Origin: Hormiphora californensis
Lineage: Eukaryota; Animalia; Ctenophora
Reading direction: 5' to 3'
Length of the DNA: 64,000 nt
Assembly: GCA_020137815.1 (NCBI GenBank)
Contig: CM035359.1
Span: forward strand, 5,642,001 to 5,706,000
Shown here: in pieces, positions 39,215-57,200 of the stretch
How the letters are laid out: every line of letters starts with the position of its first letter
Numbering within the stretch: position 1 is the first letter of the stretch
Notes under the pieces: model-generated
Seen by the model: only the letters and a program-made list of their open reading frames with translations
What the model was told of the DNA's origin: nothing
The model's database searches: none
Made by a program: the position numbers and the translations under genes

Positions 39215-39361
39215 GTTTAATTGCGGGTGGTGATTATTTTCTTTTTTTCACTAAATTTCTTGGGGGAAAACGATATATACAAGCTCTCTTCTGTGTGTGT
39301 CAAGGCGTTTTGATAACAATAAAATTCTGAATTTCTGAAATACACTAATAAAACGTGTTTT

Positions 39362-43368
<4,007 letters not shown>

Positions 43369-43945
43369 ACTAATAGAAGAAGTGTGTTAATGTTAGTCAG
43401 TTTGGTAAACAAGGAGTATCTGGGTAGAATTGGGGGTATCTTCTGGGGGTTAATGGACATGATGTATAAACAGGAAATTCACTGGTACAAAATATAAAAT
43501 TGAGTTATGCAATGAAAAATACAAAAAATGAAAAGCTATCCGAAGATCTCTCTCGAAGTCGATCTCAAAATTAAGTTTATCTAAATAAAAGCTACTTCAT
43601 ATCCTACAATTCCTGTGCATATAATAAGATCTCCTTAGATAAATTCCTCCCCTATTCCTATTTCTATCCAATCCATTTTCTGCTCGGCTCAGAAAGCTAT
43701 ATATATTATTGAATATTGAACTTTATGATTAAATAAATAACTACAAACAACACAACTAGGAATGCGCAGCTAAGGGGGAACCCCTGTGGGCAGCTCAGCG
43801 AATACAAGAATAAATATATATATTTGAAAAACCCCTTTCAACTAAAAAAACACGTGTCTCATCCCCTTCCAATCTACAAAACAACTAACATTATGATGAC
43901 GTCACCATAATGACGTCATCACATCACGTGACGTTACCATCGCGA

Positions 43946-45122
43946 TTAAAGAAAACAGTTAAAATACCCCGCTCCATCGCAATCCTGTACCCCGTGTTCA
44001 GCCGCTATCTTGTGGACAAGATTCCTCCGATGGTGCCGGGTACTTTTAGTTAACTCCAACTGCATGGCACTGTTCCTGATAGCCAGCACGGTTTCCCTGA
44101 TAACGATGGGGAGAATGTGGGCGCTGACCACTTTCTCACCATCATCTAACAACCCTGCAGTATTGAACTTGTTGAGAGGGTTCCGACTGAACACTGATGT
44201 CTTGTACAGCCCATTCTTGAGGGGGTGGATAAAGATTATAACTCGACTCTCCTTCTGACAATTGAGGTTTAGAGCGAGGTTATCATCCCCAAAATGTCGA
44301 GTATCGTCAAAACTCTCAGCCCAAATCACAATAATCTTTGTAAGTGATGCTTGTTGGTCACTGGGAATACATGAGTTCTCCCATTCGATAGCTCCTGAGA
44401 AGATCCTGTTGGTGGTAGCCCATATCGGGTATCTGGACACTGGCAGCACTCAACTCCTCTTCAAACAACTGGTTGTCTTCCTCAGGTTCTGGGGAGGAGG
44501 CAGGACTGTCCTCCTCCCATCGAGGAAGGAGGTTGGGAACTAGGAAGGCAACTTCGTTATACAAGTCACTAAAGTAAGGGAACTGAGGGGCGGTGTTGGG
44601 GTTGCCAGCTGTACCCTCACACCAAGTCCGGAATGGTCTGAGGCCCGTCCACCCTGTAAACTTCCCAACATTAATCATCCTGTTACCAAGCCGCTCGATA
44701 AACTGTTTAAAGTCAAGATTAGAGAACACATGTCGATTCCTCAAGATCTCCTCAGCCTTGGTTTGTCCTTGACGCATGTACAAGAGTACTACAGTATGGC
44801 AATCCCTGGTTGAGAGGCTATCTAACTCCTGTAGCATGTCATCCAGCTCTCGAGACCTCCGTAATAAAATCACGCTATCACCATGTCCTCCACCTTTGCC
44901 CTTTCGTTTCCTAACTTCGTGCTCCCCAACGTTCTCGTATATTTTGGGTGCTAGGAGGCCAAAGTGGGAAAGGAACATACGGGCACTGTCAACACTAGAG
45001 ACACATTCAGGGATTTGGAGATCGGGAGGGGTGGAGGGTCTGGTGATGTTCCTTCGGAGCTCTTCGTGTATCAATACCTCCTGGTGAGAAGAGGAGAGAG
45101 AGGTAGAGGGAGAGAGGGGGAA

Positions 45123-45203
<81 letters not shown>

Positions 45204-48200
45204 AAGATATATTTATCTAGGCTATCAAACAACAAACCTCTTGAACATCTTTCAGGCGAATATAAGTTGCACCACCACTAACCGCAGCAGCAGGTTGCTG
45301 TTGTTTCCTAAGAGGAATTCCCCCCATTGGCCATCTGGGCACTTAGATCCGCGAGGGTCAAAGTATCTCGCTTTAGATTTGGGTACCTAGTGAATTGCAA
45401 AGTTATTGATACAACCTAGTGAATTGGAAACTTGCAAAGTTGGTTGGTGTTATTGGTGTCAATACAATGGCAATACGTTAAACTTTCTATACCTCTCAGA
45501 GAGAACTTTAGGCCACACGGTCGACATATGATCCCTCCGGTTGCCAGGTCGAGGTGTCAGCTCCCGGTCAGATAGGATATCCCATTTGTCACTCTTGGGC
45601 CTTGTAGGACGAGATACCTGATTTTAAGAGATAAAGATGTAGGACGAGAAACCTGATTTTAAGAGATAAAGATGATGAGGGTACCAACTTTTTCCTTGCA
45701 GCAGGCGCCGGAATATAATAATAATAATAATAATATTAAGTTTTGTATACCGCCACAGACACGACAGGGCCAGATAAGTAAAACTGTACCTGACACTGAC
45801 GAGCTTCAGAGCGGTATACCTAACGCAAAAAAGATCCTTATATTCTTACACACTTTGGAAAAACTCACTCCTAATTGTAGATATACTAAAAAGATAACTG
45901 GTCACATAACTTTCAAAAAACTGATGAGATGGAAAAAATACAGACTTTATTAAATAAAGGGAACAAAGCCAACAACCCACACTTATCAGCAGCTCAACAA
46001 TACTGATAAAAAGCCCTAAGTGAAAGTGGTGAGCACACCTAAAGACCGCCTACTGACAGATGGGGAGTCCGGTGATCAACTCAGACGCCACACCGGGAGT
46101 CTTCAGGGGTAGGAGCTGGGAACGCTTCAAGGAAAAGTCTGGTTTTCAACTTAGATTTGAACAACTCAATGGGGTGTACAGATCTCAGGTCCAAAGGCAA
46201 GGAGTTCCAAACTGTCGGTAGAAACACCGAAACCCTCCTCCTCCTCAGTTTAGAGTTTGCATTAACGCTCGAGAGTTTAGGATATTTCAGTTTGTAGAAG
46301 TCAACTACTGAATTCGCCCTCGTTGGTCTCATACCCAGAATATCATCATCCCTAGGGACCAGTTCCTGTAAATACTCCGGAGCTGTTCCACGTACAATTT
46401 TGTACGCTAACAGGCAGGCCTTGAAGGTTAGTCTCTGCTGTATTGGGAGGATATGAGCTTCCTTGAAATACTCATCATAGCTATCCTGATGTCCTCGTAA
46501 GTTATAGATGAACCGTACACAGGAGTTCAGAACCTTTTGAAGGTTGTTCAGAATCCGTTTAGGGAGTCCAAAGTACAGGATATTACAGTAGTCTATCTTT
46601 GATATGACTAATTGCTTCACAAGAAGAATCCGTGTGCTATTATCTAAACACTTATTGAGTTGCCATAGGTTCTTGAGTTGCAATCCACATTGTTTCTTAA
46701 CATTGTTCACCTGCCTCTCCAGGGTGAGATGCTCATCCAGAAGTATTCCTAGAGTCTTCCCTGTGCTACCTTTGCATTCCATCGGCTGCAGCACTGTACC
46801 TCCAAACCTGATTTCCGGATCGAATACCAGCTTCTCAAGAGAGCTTGATTTTCCAAGAAGAACAAACTCAGTCTTACTCTCATTACATTTGAGCCAATGT
46901 TGCACCATCCAGTCCTTAATGGAAGCGAGGCACTCCTCGATACTATTCTTCGTACCTTTCCACCCTTCACTATCCGTTGGGACAAGTCCAACGTACAATT
47001 GGGAATCATCTGCATACAGCTTTATCATCAGACCATACGGTCTAGCAATATCCTGTAGCTCCTCTATGTACAACAGAAACAGTACAGGACCCAACAAAGA
47101 TCCCTGTGGTACTCCACATATGAGAGCGATGACCTCCGAGAGTTCACCATGAACATTCACTCTGTAACTCCTGGAACTCAAATAACTCTTAAACCACCCA
47201 AGTGCACTTCCCTTCACTCCAAACCTCACCTCCAGCACCTCCATCAGCTTCTCATGATCTACAGTATCGAAAGCTGCGCTCATGTCCAAGAGCATGAGTG
47301 CCGCCACTTTCCCAGAATCAAGTTCTCTCAGCAAGTCATCAAACATTCCAGCCAGAAGAGTCTCGCAGCTGTGACCAGTACGGTAGCCCGACTGATTGGC
47401 ATTCAGTAAGTCATTCTTCTGTAGATAGTCATTCATTTGATTCAATACCACCTTTTCCAAGACTTTTGAAACAAATGCAATGTTTGACACAGGGCGATAG
47501 TTGGCAAGAAGATCTCTATCTCCATTCGGATTCTTTATCGTTGGCATGACAACTGCTCTCTGCAGGGGCTCAGGTACTGAAGCTCTGCACAGTGACTTGT
47601 TAATGATAGTCGTTAAAGCAGGAGCCAACTCCTCTAGACAATCCTTCACCAGCCACGTTGGAACTGGATCTAGATCACACGACTTAGATGACATCTGCTT
47701 CACAATGTGAACAAGATCTTTCTGCGAGATCTCTCAAACTGACTCAGTTCACAGTCAGGCCTCGATGAACCACCACTTCCAGTTCCTCTTACATCTTCAC
47801 CACTCACACCTCCTCTTCTAGTTCCTCTTACATCTTCACCACCCACCCCACTTCCTGTTCCACTTACATCTTCACTACTCCCACTTCCGGTTCCACTTAC
47901 ATCTTCATCATTCACACCTCCACTTCCAGTTCCACTTACACCTTCACCACTCACACTGCCACTTCCAGTTCCACTTACATCTTCTCTTCCTAAACCTTCC
48001 TCCTTACCACTACATCCAGCCCCAGCCTCTTGCTCTTCGAGTACAGCTGATCGTATCCTATCAATCTTTCCAGAGAAAAACTGTGCAAAGTTATCAGCAA
48101 GCTTCTTGTCAGATAGTCCACTCGGTAGTAGTGTCTCTTTCTTTCCAAGGAGTCGACTTAGCATTTTCTGAAGTCCAGCAGGATCATCCTTCACATCCTC

Positions 48201-51200
48201 CAGCTTCCTCTTTACATAATCCATTCTTGCTTCTTTGTCAATCCTCTCAAACTGTCTTTGGAGTTCCCTGTACCGTGCTTTCGTTAGCCCTGTTTTATTC
48301 TTCTCCCACGCTCTCTCCGCTTTCCTTCTCTCCCGCAGGGTGTCTCGAACATCCTGTCTCTCTCTCCAGGGCCTGAAGTTCTTCACCGATTTTCTCCTTT
48401 TAGTCGGGACAAATCTCTCTACAGCCTCCTTCAAAGCCCGATCATACAGATACAAAGCCTCTTCTGGTGTCACGTCATCTGGAATTTCCAAACACAGATC
48501 CCTCAGCCCATTCCGGAAGACCTCTACATCCACAGCCTTAAAATCATGGTAGACACTCATCCTCTCCCGGGAAACATATCTTCCTTCAGAAGCTAACTTT
48601 ACCTCCGCCAATACCAGATAGTGATCCGACATCGTGCCATCTGGAAATATCCTCAGGTTCCCCAACTTACTGGCCATGCCACGCTGACAGATAATCAAAT
48701 CCAGAGTTCCTCCTCGAAGATGGGTAGGCAATAGCGGCACATTTTGAACAAAGTCAAACGAGTCCAGAAGGTTGAGGAGTTTCTTCGCGTAGAAGTTACT
48801 GGAGTCTTGTACTTGAAAATTAAAATCGCCCATAATCAGTGGACTTCCAGTTTTCATCAGAAGGTCAGAGAGGTAGTCATTGAACTCATCAAGAAAGTTA
48901 GCCTCAGTAAACCTTGCTTTACCGTTGTAAGGTGGCCTGTAAACATTGCACAGTCGCACCAGATCATCCTCTCCACCAACCAACACTTCCTGGACTTGGA
49001 AGGTCTTAAACTTATACTTCACCGGTGCCAACTTCACCATCACTCCATCTCGATAAAGTACTCCAATTCCTCCGCCAGACCTCTCATTCCTCGGGCTCGA
49101 GTAAATGTTCCAACCATTCTCCTTAATCTCCTGTATCTTCGCAGTGTCTGTTAACTTCAGGTAAGTTTCTTGGACAAGACACACATCGCATGCCTTCTCT
49201 TCCAGGTGGGTGAGCACTCCAGCAGTCTTATTCATAAGAGAATGAACATTTAGTGTCCCAATCCTCCAAGTCTCCTTCTCTTCAGCTCCTCCATGGCCCT
49301 CGTCCGATAACCGTTTTTTGCCTCTTTCTTCACTCCACTTGTTTTCTCCATAAGCTTTGTTCGCTCATTAATGTAGAATGGACACAGAGTACTGGATGCA
49401 AGATGTGACCTAGCATGTCTCCTGTCCTCTCTGCCATTACTCTTCTGACAGTTAACACAGTTCATCTTCCCTGTATCATTCCTCCTCTTGTGACCACAAC
49501 TCCGAGTCTCATGATCTCCAGCACAGAAAGCACACACCGCAGCTCCATCCTTCTTTGTACATCTGATTGATCCTGCTACATGTCCAAACTCCTGACAGTG
49601 AAAACACTGTACCACATGATACCTGTCCCTGACTGAATACTGTCTCAGCTTCAGGAATACCTTGTCTCCTCTCTGGGCGATTAAATTCCTTATTTCTGGA
49701 GTTACCTGGAGAACTGCAAACCTTCCAGCAGGATTCATATGAACCACTTTCACCTTGGCACCCTGATCCACCAGCTTCTTGATTTCCTCATTCTTTCCAC
49801 TAGTTATCTCCGAGATTAACGTCTCCTTGTCAAGCAAGTCCTGCCCAAGATCACCAATTGAAATTCTCGGGTCAAGAAGCGATTTCGTCTCTGTGACCAT
49901 CTGAACCTCCTGACCAAGTGCTGGTGGTAAAACATTATTGGCTTCCTTCAGTTGGTCCTCATTCTGGAACGACAGCCGCACACTACCTTTGTTAACTACC
50001 GCGTTCAACACAGGAACTCCCTTCAAAGCTTTCTCCACTTGGGGTTTTACAACTTCCGTCCACTGCGTCTTTGGACAGACCGGGGCCGTACCTTCAGCAT
50101 CACAGTTATCCAATCTTATGTCAACATACCTCCTCACAGGCGCAACCGGACCTTTGTCTTCTACAACCTCCTCCTTTCTTCCATGCAGCTCACTCACCTT
50201 GTCTTCCACCTTCTGCTCAACCACCGCAAGTAATTCCATCTTCAGACTCTCAAAACTTTCCTTCAGTACATCCGCTACACTCCCCACCAGGGACGTGTCC
50301 AATACGGAACTAACACCACTATCAAATCTCACCCTCGGGTTGTCTGGAATCAAGGAATAAGCAGCACAGAGAAGTTCCCAGGCATTGTCTTTGTTGAACG
50401 AAGGAGCATCCCCACCTACCCGAAGACGATCTAAGACATGCTCACCACTACACCTATTATAAGTCAGAGCTTTAAGAGCTCTATCAAACTCATCTTTACT
50501 CGTTATCGTTACGTCATTAATACTCATAGTGTGCATCCTAAAACACCTGGCTCACACTCCTGGACAGAGATTAATACTATCCCCAAAACTCAAATAACGT
50601 TCACAAAAAGCCCAAGTGAAAGAGATTTGCGTTACTCAAAGATATCGGAGAATAGAAAATTAACTCTGACACGGATCGAATCGATTATAAGCGGAACACT
50701 CAAATTAATTTGTTTAAGGGTACGCTAACCAAAAATTTTTTTCGAGTGCAGGGAAATCTCTCACCGTAGGGTTGTAGGCCATACCAAGGAGACCTCAAAT
50801 ATGCAATTTTAGCCCTTAAGTCGAATTCATATTTTTGCTACAGCTGTTTAAAAAATGTCCTGTAAAAACGTTTTTGGCATCTCAAAAAAAATTTTTAAAG
50901 ATAGGAGCATGAAAATTTGGGGATTTGAAGAGGACATGAAGGTGAATAACCACAAAAATTTTTTTTTGCAATCCGAGCTGATTTCCGGTCCTGAGATGGA
51001 TTTCTTTTTTTCCACTTTAACGCCCTATTTGGCAAAGTTCCGAAAATATGTGAAAGCTGTAAATTGGTGAAAAGTTGCGTCTAACGATTATCTAAGTGGC
51101 CATAAATTTTGGGCGTGTCCTTATTTGAGATAAGCTGTATAGAGATTTTTTTGTGAAAGCCGTCATTTCAGAAATAAATAAATTCCCTGTATCTCAAAAA

Positions 51201-54200
51201 CGGCTGATCGTAGAGACCTGAGACTATGCTTAAACGATTCAGAAGGTCCAATTTTGGGGGGGTCTTCTGAGAGACATTTTGCTCCTACTTCAACCGTTTT
51301 TGCTGTAATTGCGAAAAACAAATTCTATGAAAAGGGCAAAAGCTAAACTCCAATATCCTGTAATTAGGGAATTTTGGCTAAGAAAGGACCGAAACTATGG
51401 AAAAATGTGTAACAAGCTAATTCCTTCACTATTTGGTCCATAAGGGTCGCTATAATCACCAAAAACGAAATCACAAAAAATCCACGATGGCGAAGATGGG
51501 TTTTTGTTTTTCGCAATTACAGCAAAAACGGTTGAAGTAGGAGCAAAATGTCTCTCAGAAGACCCCCCCAAAATCGGACCTTCTGAATCGTTTAAGCATA
51601 GTCTCAGGTCTCTACGATCAGCCGTTTTTGAGATACAGGGAATTTATTTATTTCTGAAATGACGGCTTTCACAAGAAAAACTCTGTACAGCTTATCTCAA
51701 ATAAGGACACACCCAAAATTTATGGCCACTTAGATAATCGTTAGACGCAACTTTTCACCAATTTACAGCTTTCACATGTTTTCGGAACTTTGCCAAATAG
51801 GGCGTTAAAGTGGAAAAAAAGAAATCCAGCTCAGGACCGGAAATCAGCTCGGATTGCTAAAAATTTTTTTGTGGTTATTCACCTTCATGTCCTCTTCAAA
51901 TCCCCAAATTTTTATGATCCTATCTTTAAAAATGTATTTTTAAGATGCCAAAAACTTATTTTCAGTTCATTTTTCAAGCAGCTGTAGCAAAAATATGAAT
52001 TCGACTTGAGAGCTCAAATTGCATATTTGAGGTCTCCTTGGCATGGCCTACAACCCTACGGTGAGAGATTTCCCTGCACTCGAAAAAAATTTTTGGTTAG
52101 CGTACCCTTAAAGTAGTGTTGAAAAGTTTGAAACATTGAATTTAAAGCATACAATTATTTCATTTTGTCCCAACACCAAAATCGACCACTACCTTTTTCC
52201 TAGGGGCAATTCGTCCCGTTATTGAATCCTTCTCATACTTGAAGTGGTGCACAAAGATACCAGTGTCAGGATCCCGTGTAACAACGTACAGGATCGGGGT
52301 ATCGTTTCCTGCTGGGGCGGGGGGTATTAGAAGGGGTATTAGCGGGAGGGGGTATTAGCGGGGGTATTAGAAGGGGGGGGGGGTTACTGGTCCCTGAGTA
52401 TTGAGTAGCTATATATCTCTGATACTAAGATCTACTAGGGCTAATATGTATTGAGAAGCAGTACTAGATACCATCTAGTAATCTAATGATAATGCCACAT
52501 ACCATTTTCCTTGACATGATCAGGGGGAGGGTTGATGAGGCAGATGATTGTGCTCCCTTCAACCACCAAGTACCGCATACTGAAACATGAAGGGTTCTTA
52601 GCAGGAACCGGCCGACACAAGTGAACAACCAATCAGAACTCGTTATTTAGGTCACGTGAATGGTTATCAGCCAATCAGGGACCAGTATTTCCTGATTCGG
52701 TCGGTTCCTGGTTCTTAGTTTTACTGGTTAGAATTACAACAGCTGCAGGTAGCTGGGATGCTCTAGTTTCTCTCTCCCTCCCTCTAGTCTCCCGGTTTCT
52801 TATTTTTCATAAGTCCCTCCCAGTCCCCAATCTCTGCCTTAGTCTCACCCCAGTCTCTCCCGAGTCCCGACCTCCCACAATCTCTCTAGATCTTTCTTTC
52901 AATCTCTCTAGATCTTTCTCTCAATCTCTCCCGACCTCCCACAATCTCTCTAGATCTTTCTCTCTCCCAATCTCTGCCCCTTAGTCTCATTCTCACCAGT
53001 CTCTCTCTCCCAGTCCCCAATTTCTCCCAGTCCCCCCAATCTCTGCCTTAGTCCTTCTCCCAATCTCCCTCCCCGATCTCTTCCTTAGTCTCACCTAGCT
53101 TCTTGGTGGGGATACTGTCTCCTCCAAATTCTAATCAGATCCCGCTCACAAAGGGACGAGTTGAGGTCAGAGTGGTAGGTGAGCTTCTTGGACAAAAACA
53201 TCGCTCGATCTTCAACCCTCTGAGGAGAATTATACACCCTACAACCCTCCTTTACAAAATTTGCGGGGAGCGGCGAGAAAGGGTCGAGCAAAGGAAAATT
53301 GAACTAACTAGATAGCAGATTTGTACAATCTGATGTGTACCACACACTAAATTTCTGATGAGTAAAAATTATGAAAACAGAACCATCACGAATAAAATAC
53401 ACAAAAAGTATTTTACCTTGGATATAGGACTATCGTTTTTGTCGCCCTTCAGAATTTTCTTCCGAGTGTCGTGGTTGTAGGAGCTGGTGTTGGTCATCGC
53501 TAGCTCGTACACCTGTATCAATGAGTTACTAGTCAATAGTGAGTTACTGAGAGGTAACCATGGTAACATACAGGAGTGAATTGTAACCATGGTTACCATG
53601 GTAACAGCTTATTCCTGTATACCTGTAGACACCTAAACAGGCACTTTTCCTCTTCGTATAGGTCAGGATATGAGAGGCACCAGGTATTCAAACAGCGGAA
53701 TGCAGCACCGATCATCGTATGGAGATCTTCACTGTGCTAAAATAATGACAGGATTAGGAATCAATGGTGTCTGTCGATCTGCCCGTCTGTATGTGTGAAT
53801 TGTGTTTGTGTGATTTGTGTGAATTGTGTGAACTATCTTCATGTGTTTGTGTATCTGTCTCTATGTGTCTGTGTGTCACTACCTTTGTTGTTGGTTTATT
53901 GCAGCAGATCTCAATGTAATCACATAGAAGCAGGATCGTTCTCTCGTAGCCGCCTTTTAGTTCTGATAGTGAATGCGAGGGAGAAAAGTGATAAAGTAAA
54001 GAGAACCGATAAATAGGAGAAGTATTAAATGAGCCTTGAAATATAACTCAAAGTGATAGGATTCCTTACTGTTATTGTAGGGGAAGATGTTTGCTAATCC
54101 ACACAAAATACCAAACGGGGTATACCTATGAAAAGCAGTTAGTAAAAAAAAGTGAAAACCTGAAATAAGGATGAGTGAGTGGTTTATTATATATCATTAA

Positions 54201-57200
54201 TTGATGTATCTGGAGGTCTTTCTCACCAGAATTTGACATCATTTTGGCAGGTTTGGTGGAGAATATCGCAAATCCGTTTTATCATTTCAATCCACAGCCC
54301 GTAAACGTTGATCTCACTCTCCTCCACGTCACCGAGGGAGAGAGAGTTGTTACTGGTGGCCTTGTTCATGTTGCTATCCATGGTGCTACCCGTGGTAAAC
54401 TTCATTGTGGGAGAATGGGGATCCTCGACTGGGAGGGAGAGATGTTGTTATGGGGATCCTCGACTGGGTGGGAGAGGGGAGAGAGGGTTGCCGGTTCAGG
54501 TCATGGCATCTGTGAGTCTGGGTGAGTCGTCCCATTGTATTTACGAATGGTAAGTACTGAAGTATGAACGGAATCGTATTACTTACCGGATATTTTAGGA
54601 TCATATCTCTTGTCCAGAAGTAGAATATACAGTGCCTTCATTATCTGACTTTTGTTCTGCAGATCCTCTTCCTTTGAGGAGATTTTCAAGGCGTCCATCA
54701 GAATCTCACTGTGGGAAAACAGTCATAATAATAGGGAGGGGGGTCATAATAATGGCGGGGGGAGATTGCCCGTAGACTGCCGTGTGAGGAATGATCAATA
54801 CATGGTCGCCAGCACCGCGCTAATAGATCACAATATAACTTACACACATTTGCCCCACAGTTCCCCCATGTATTTGAGTTTCCTGCGTCCCCGGTGGAGC
54901 TCACTATCCCGACCAGTATCCTCTAGCGGTATGGATGGGTATCGGAGAGGTAGACAGAGAACAGATGACATTATCTCTATCGCGTCCTTTCTTCTCTCCC
55001 ATGTTGATGACCTGTATAGTGATTTATAATAATGTAAAAATGAAAGGTGCTTTTTACAAGTCCGGTCCGGACCCGGCCTAAAGACAGATAATAATATTTC
55101 ACCCTGTTTGGACACCTACCCGGCCGATAGGATCAACTCAATCATAATGATGTAGCTCGCAACTAGAGCATTGATTCCGGGAAGATCAACCTTGAATAAC
55201 GATCCACTTTGTTGAAGGATCTTGATCAATATCTCCTCCTTCGCGGCCTATAATACAGTACAGTTGTTAGCCCTCAAACAATATCTAATTTAGATTTTAG
55301 GAAAGCAAACGCCGATAGGGCACGGTCTATCGACTGTCATCAACTGTGCATCACCTTGTGTTCTTTATCATGCAGTTGGGATTTCCCACATTCCAGACCC
55401 TCACTTAGTCGCAACACAAACTGGTTCATATACAACTCCTCGAAGAGCACATCGTTCCGACTGTGTGTGAAGATGTAGATAAGGGTTCCAAGAGCCTCTG
55501 CACTGGCTGGGAGGGAATGGAGTGTTAGCTGGGGAAGATATCCTACTTTTTTATTGGTCAGCCCAACAAAATGTTGACTAAATCTGCTCAAATATGTTTT
55601 GCAGGCTGAGAATATTTGTTGTCCCGTGTGACGTATCTTCAACACTTTACCTTTGTAAAAGTCTTGCTTGTAATCCATTTTACCGATAATTGCAGTGCTA
55701 TCGAACAACCAATCACCAACCAGCCTTAACACACTGAAATTTACAAATCTTAGTAAAACTGCTGTTGTCACACACACACAGCAGCTCTTGTTCCAAACAA
55801 GCAGCTCCACATCCTAATCTATATGCAGATGTTATCACACATTGTACCATTCATGCATACCGCTGTTTTTGAACGGTACGAACAAGTGAAAGCACACCAT
55901 AGCAGACTCTTGTTACGTTTTAACCCTCCTTTACGGAGCGAGATGAGGTTCAAACAAACAGACCCACATTCCAACCACAACAGTACACAACAATCAGTTC
56001 CACACAGTTGAAACTTGCCTGTTGCCCGATGGGATCATCTTGAGATCATGGAGAATCTCCCTCTGTGGTCGAGAATCAATGGTAGAGGGTGCCGAATGGG
56101 TGGCTGACCTATACCCTGCATCGTATATCGACCTCCTCGGGCTTTTGTATTGGTTCTAAAAACAGAAAATCGTTCGGAATTGTTGTGTGATATGATGAAC
56201 AGACGGTGTTTTGTGGAATGTTTTGTCATTCACTGGTTAAAAAGGGCGTGGAATGTTTTGTCACTCACCGTTGTCATGGTTAAAAGGGCGTGGAATGTTT
56301 TGTCACTCACCGTTGTCATGGTTAAAAGGGCGTGGAATGTTTTGTCACTCACCGTTGTCAGGGTTAAAAGAGCGTGGAATGTTTTGTCACTCACCGTTGT
56401 CATGGTTAAAAGGGCGTGGAATGTTTTGTCACTCACCGTTGTCATGGTTAAAAGGGCGTGGAATGTTTTGTCACTCACCGTTGTCATGGTTAAAAGGGCG
56501 TGGAATGTTTTGTCACTTACCGTTGTCATGGTTAAAAGGGCGTGGAATGTTTTGTCACTCACCGTTGTCATGGTTAAAAGGGCGTGGAATGTTTTGTCAG
56601 GACTGTCGGGACGTGCTCCGTCATAATCCATACTGTTTGGAAGTCCGACACTGAGCATCGCATTCACCATACACCGTATACCTGCACATTAGAGAGTAAG
56701 AAAAGAAGAGTAGAAGCGAATAAAAAAGAGAGAAGCTGAAATGTTAGATACATGTATTGCACGATAGTCTTAACTCCATGCATGGGTAATCTACAGCTGG
56801 GGCACAATATTCGCTATATACACATACCTTGCATCATAAGCAAGCAGACGCGAGGATACAACGCCCGAGCTTTTACATGTCTGAAGGGGATGGATATATT
56901 TGTAGTTTAATATTCACATAAGATCAAGCAATTGTTCAAATTCAGGCTTTAATTTGCATGGTATGCAGGGCGTGACGGATAGTTGTTGATTATAGGCGAA
57001 CAAAATTATGCGACTGCTAGCTGTGACTCCATGACTTACGAGAATTCCCTAACTTCTCGTGACCGTTTCCGGTGATCACCCCTGTCCTCTTTTCTCTGGG
57101 ATTGAATCTTGGTATCTGTGCTCATTAAACTAGCGGGATTACCTGGAAATATATCACATGTAGCAGGGACACGGGGGACAAAATGTGGGACAACTTATAA

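Larger units (their letters stand above)
45716..50700 (-). mobile_element. Near full-length LINE (L2/Crack/CR1 group) in RALGAPB intron
   Basis: ORF1 with CCHC knuckles, APE endonuclease, RT (GVPQGSLLGP, YADDSQLY, LDPVPTWLVK, SKIDYCN), (ATT)n 3' tail at ~45716-45735. Confidence 0.95.
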
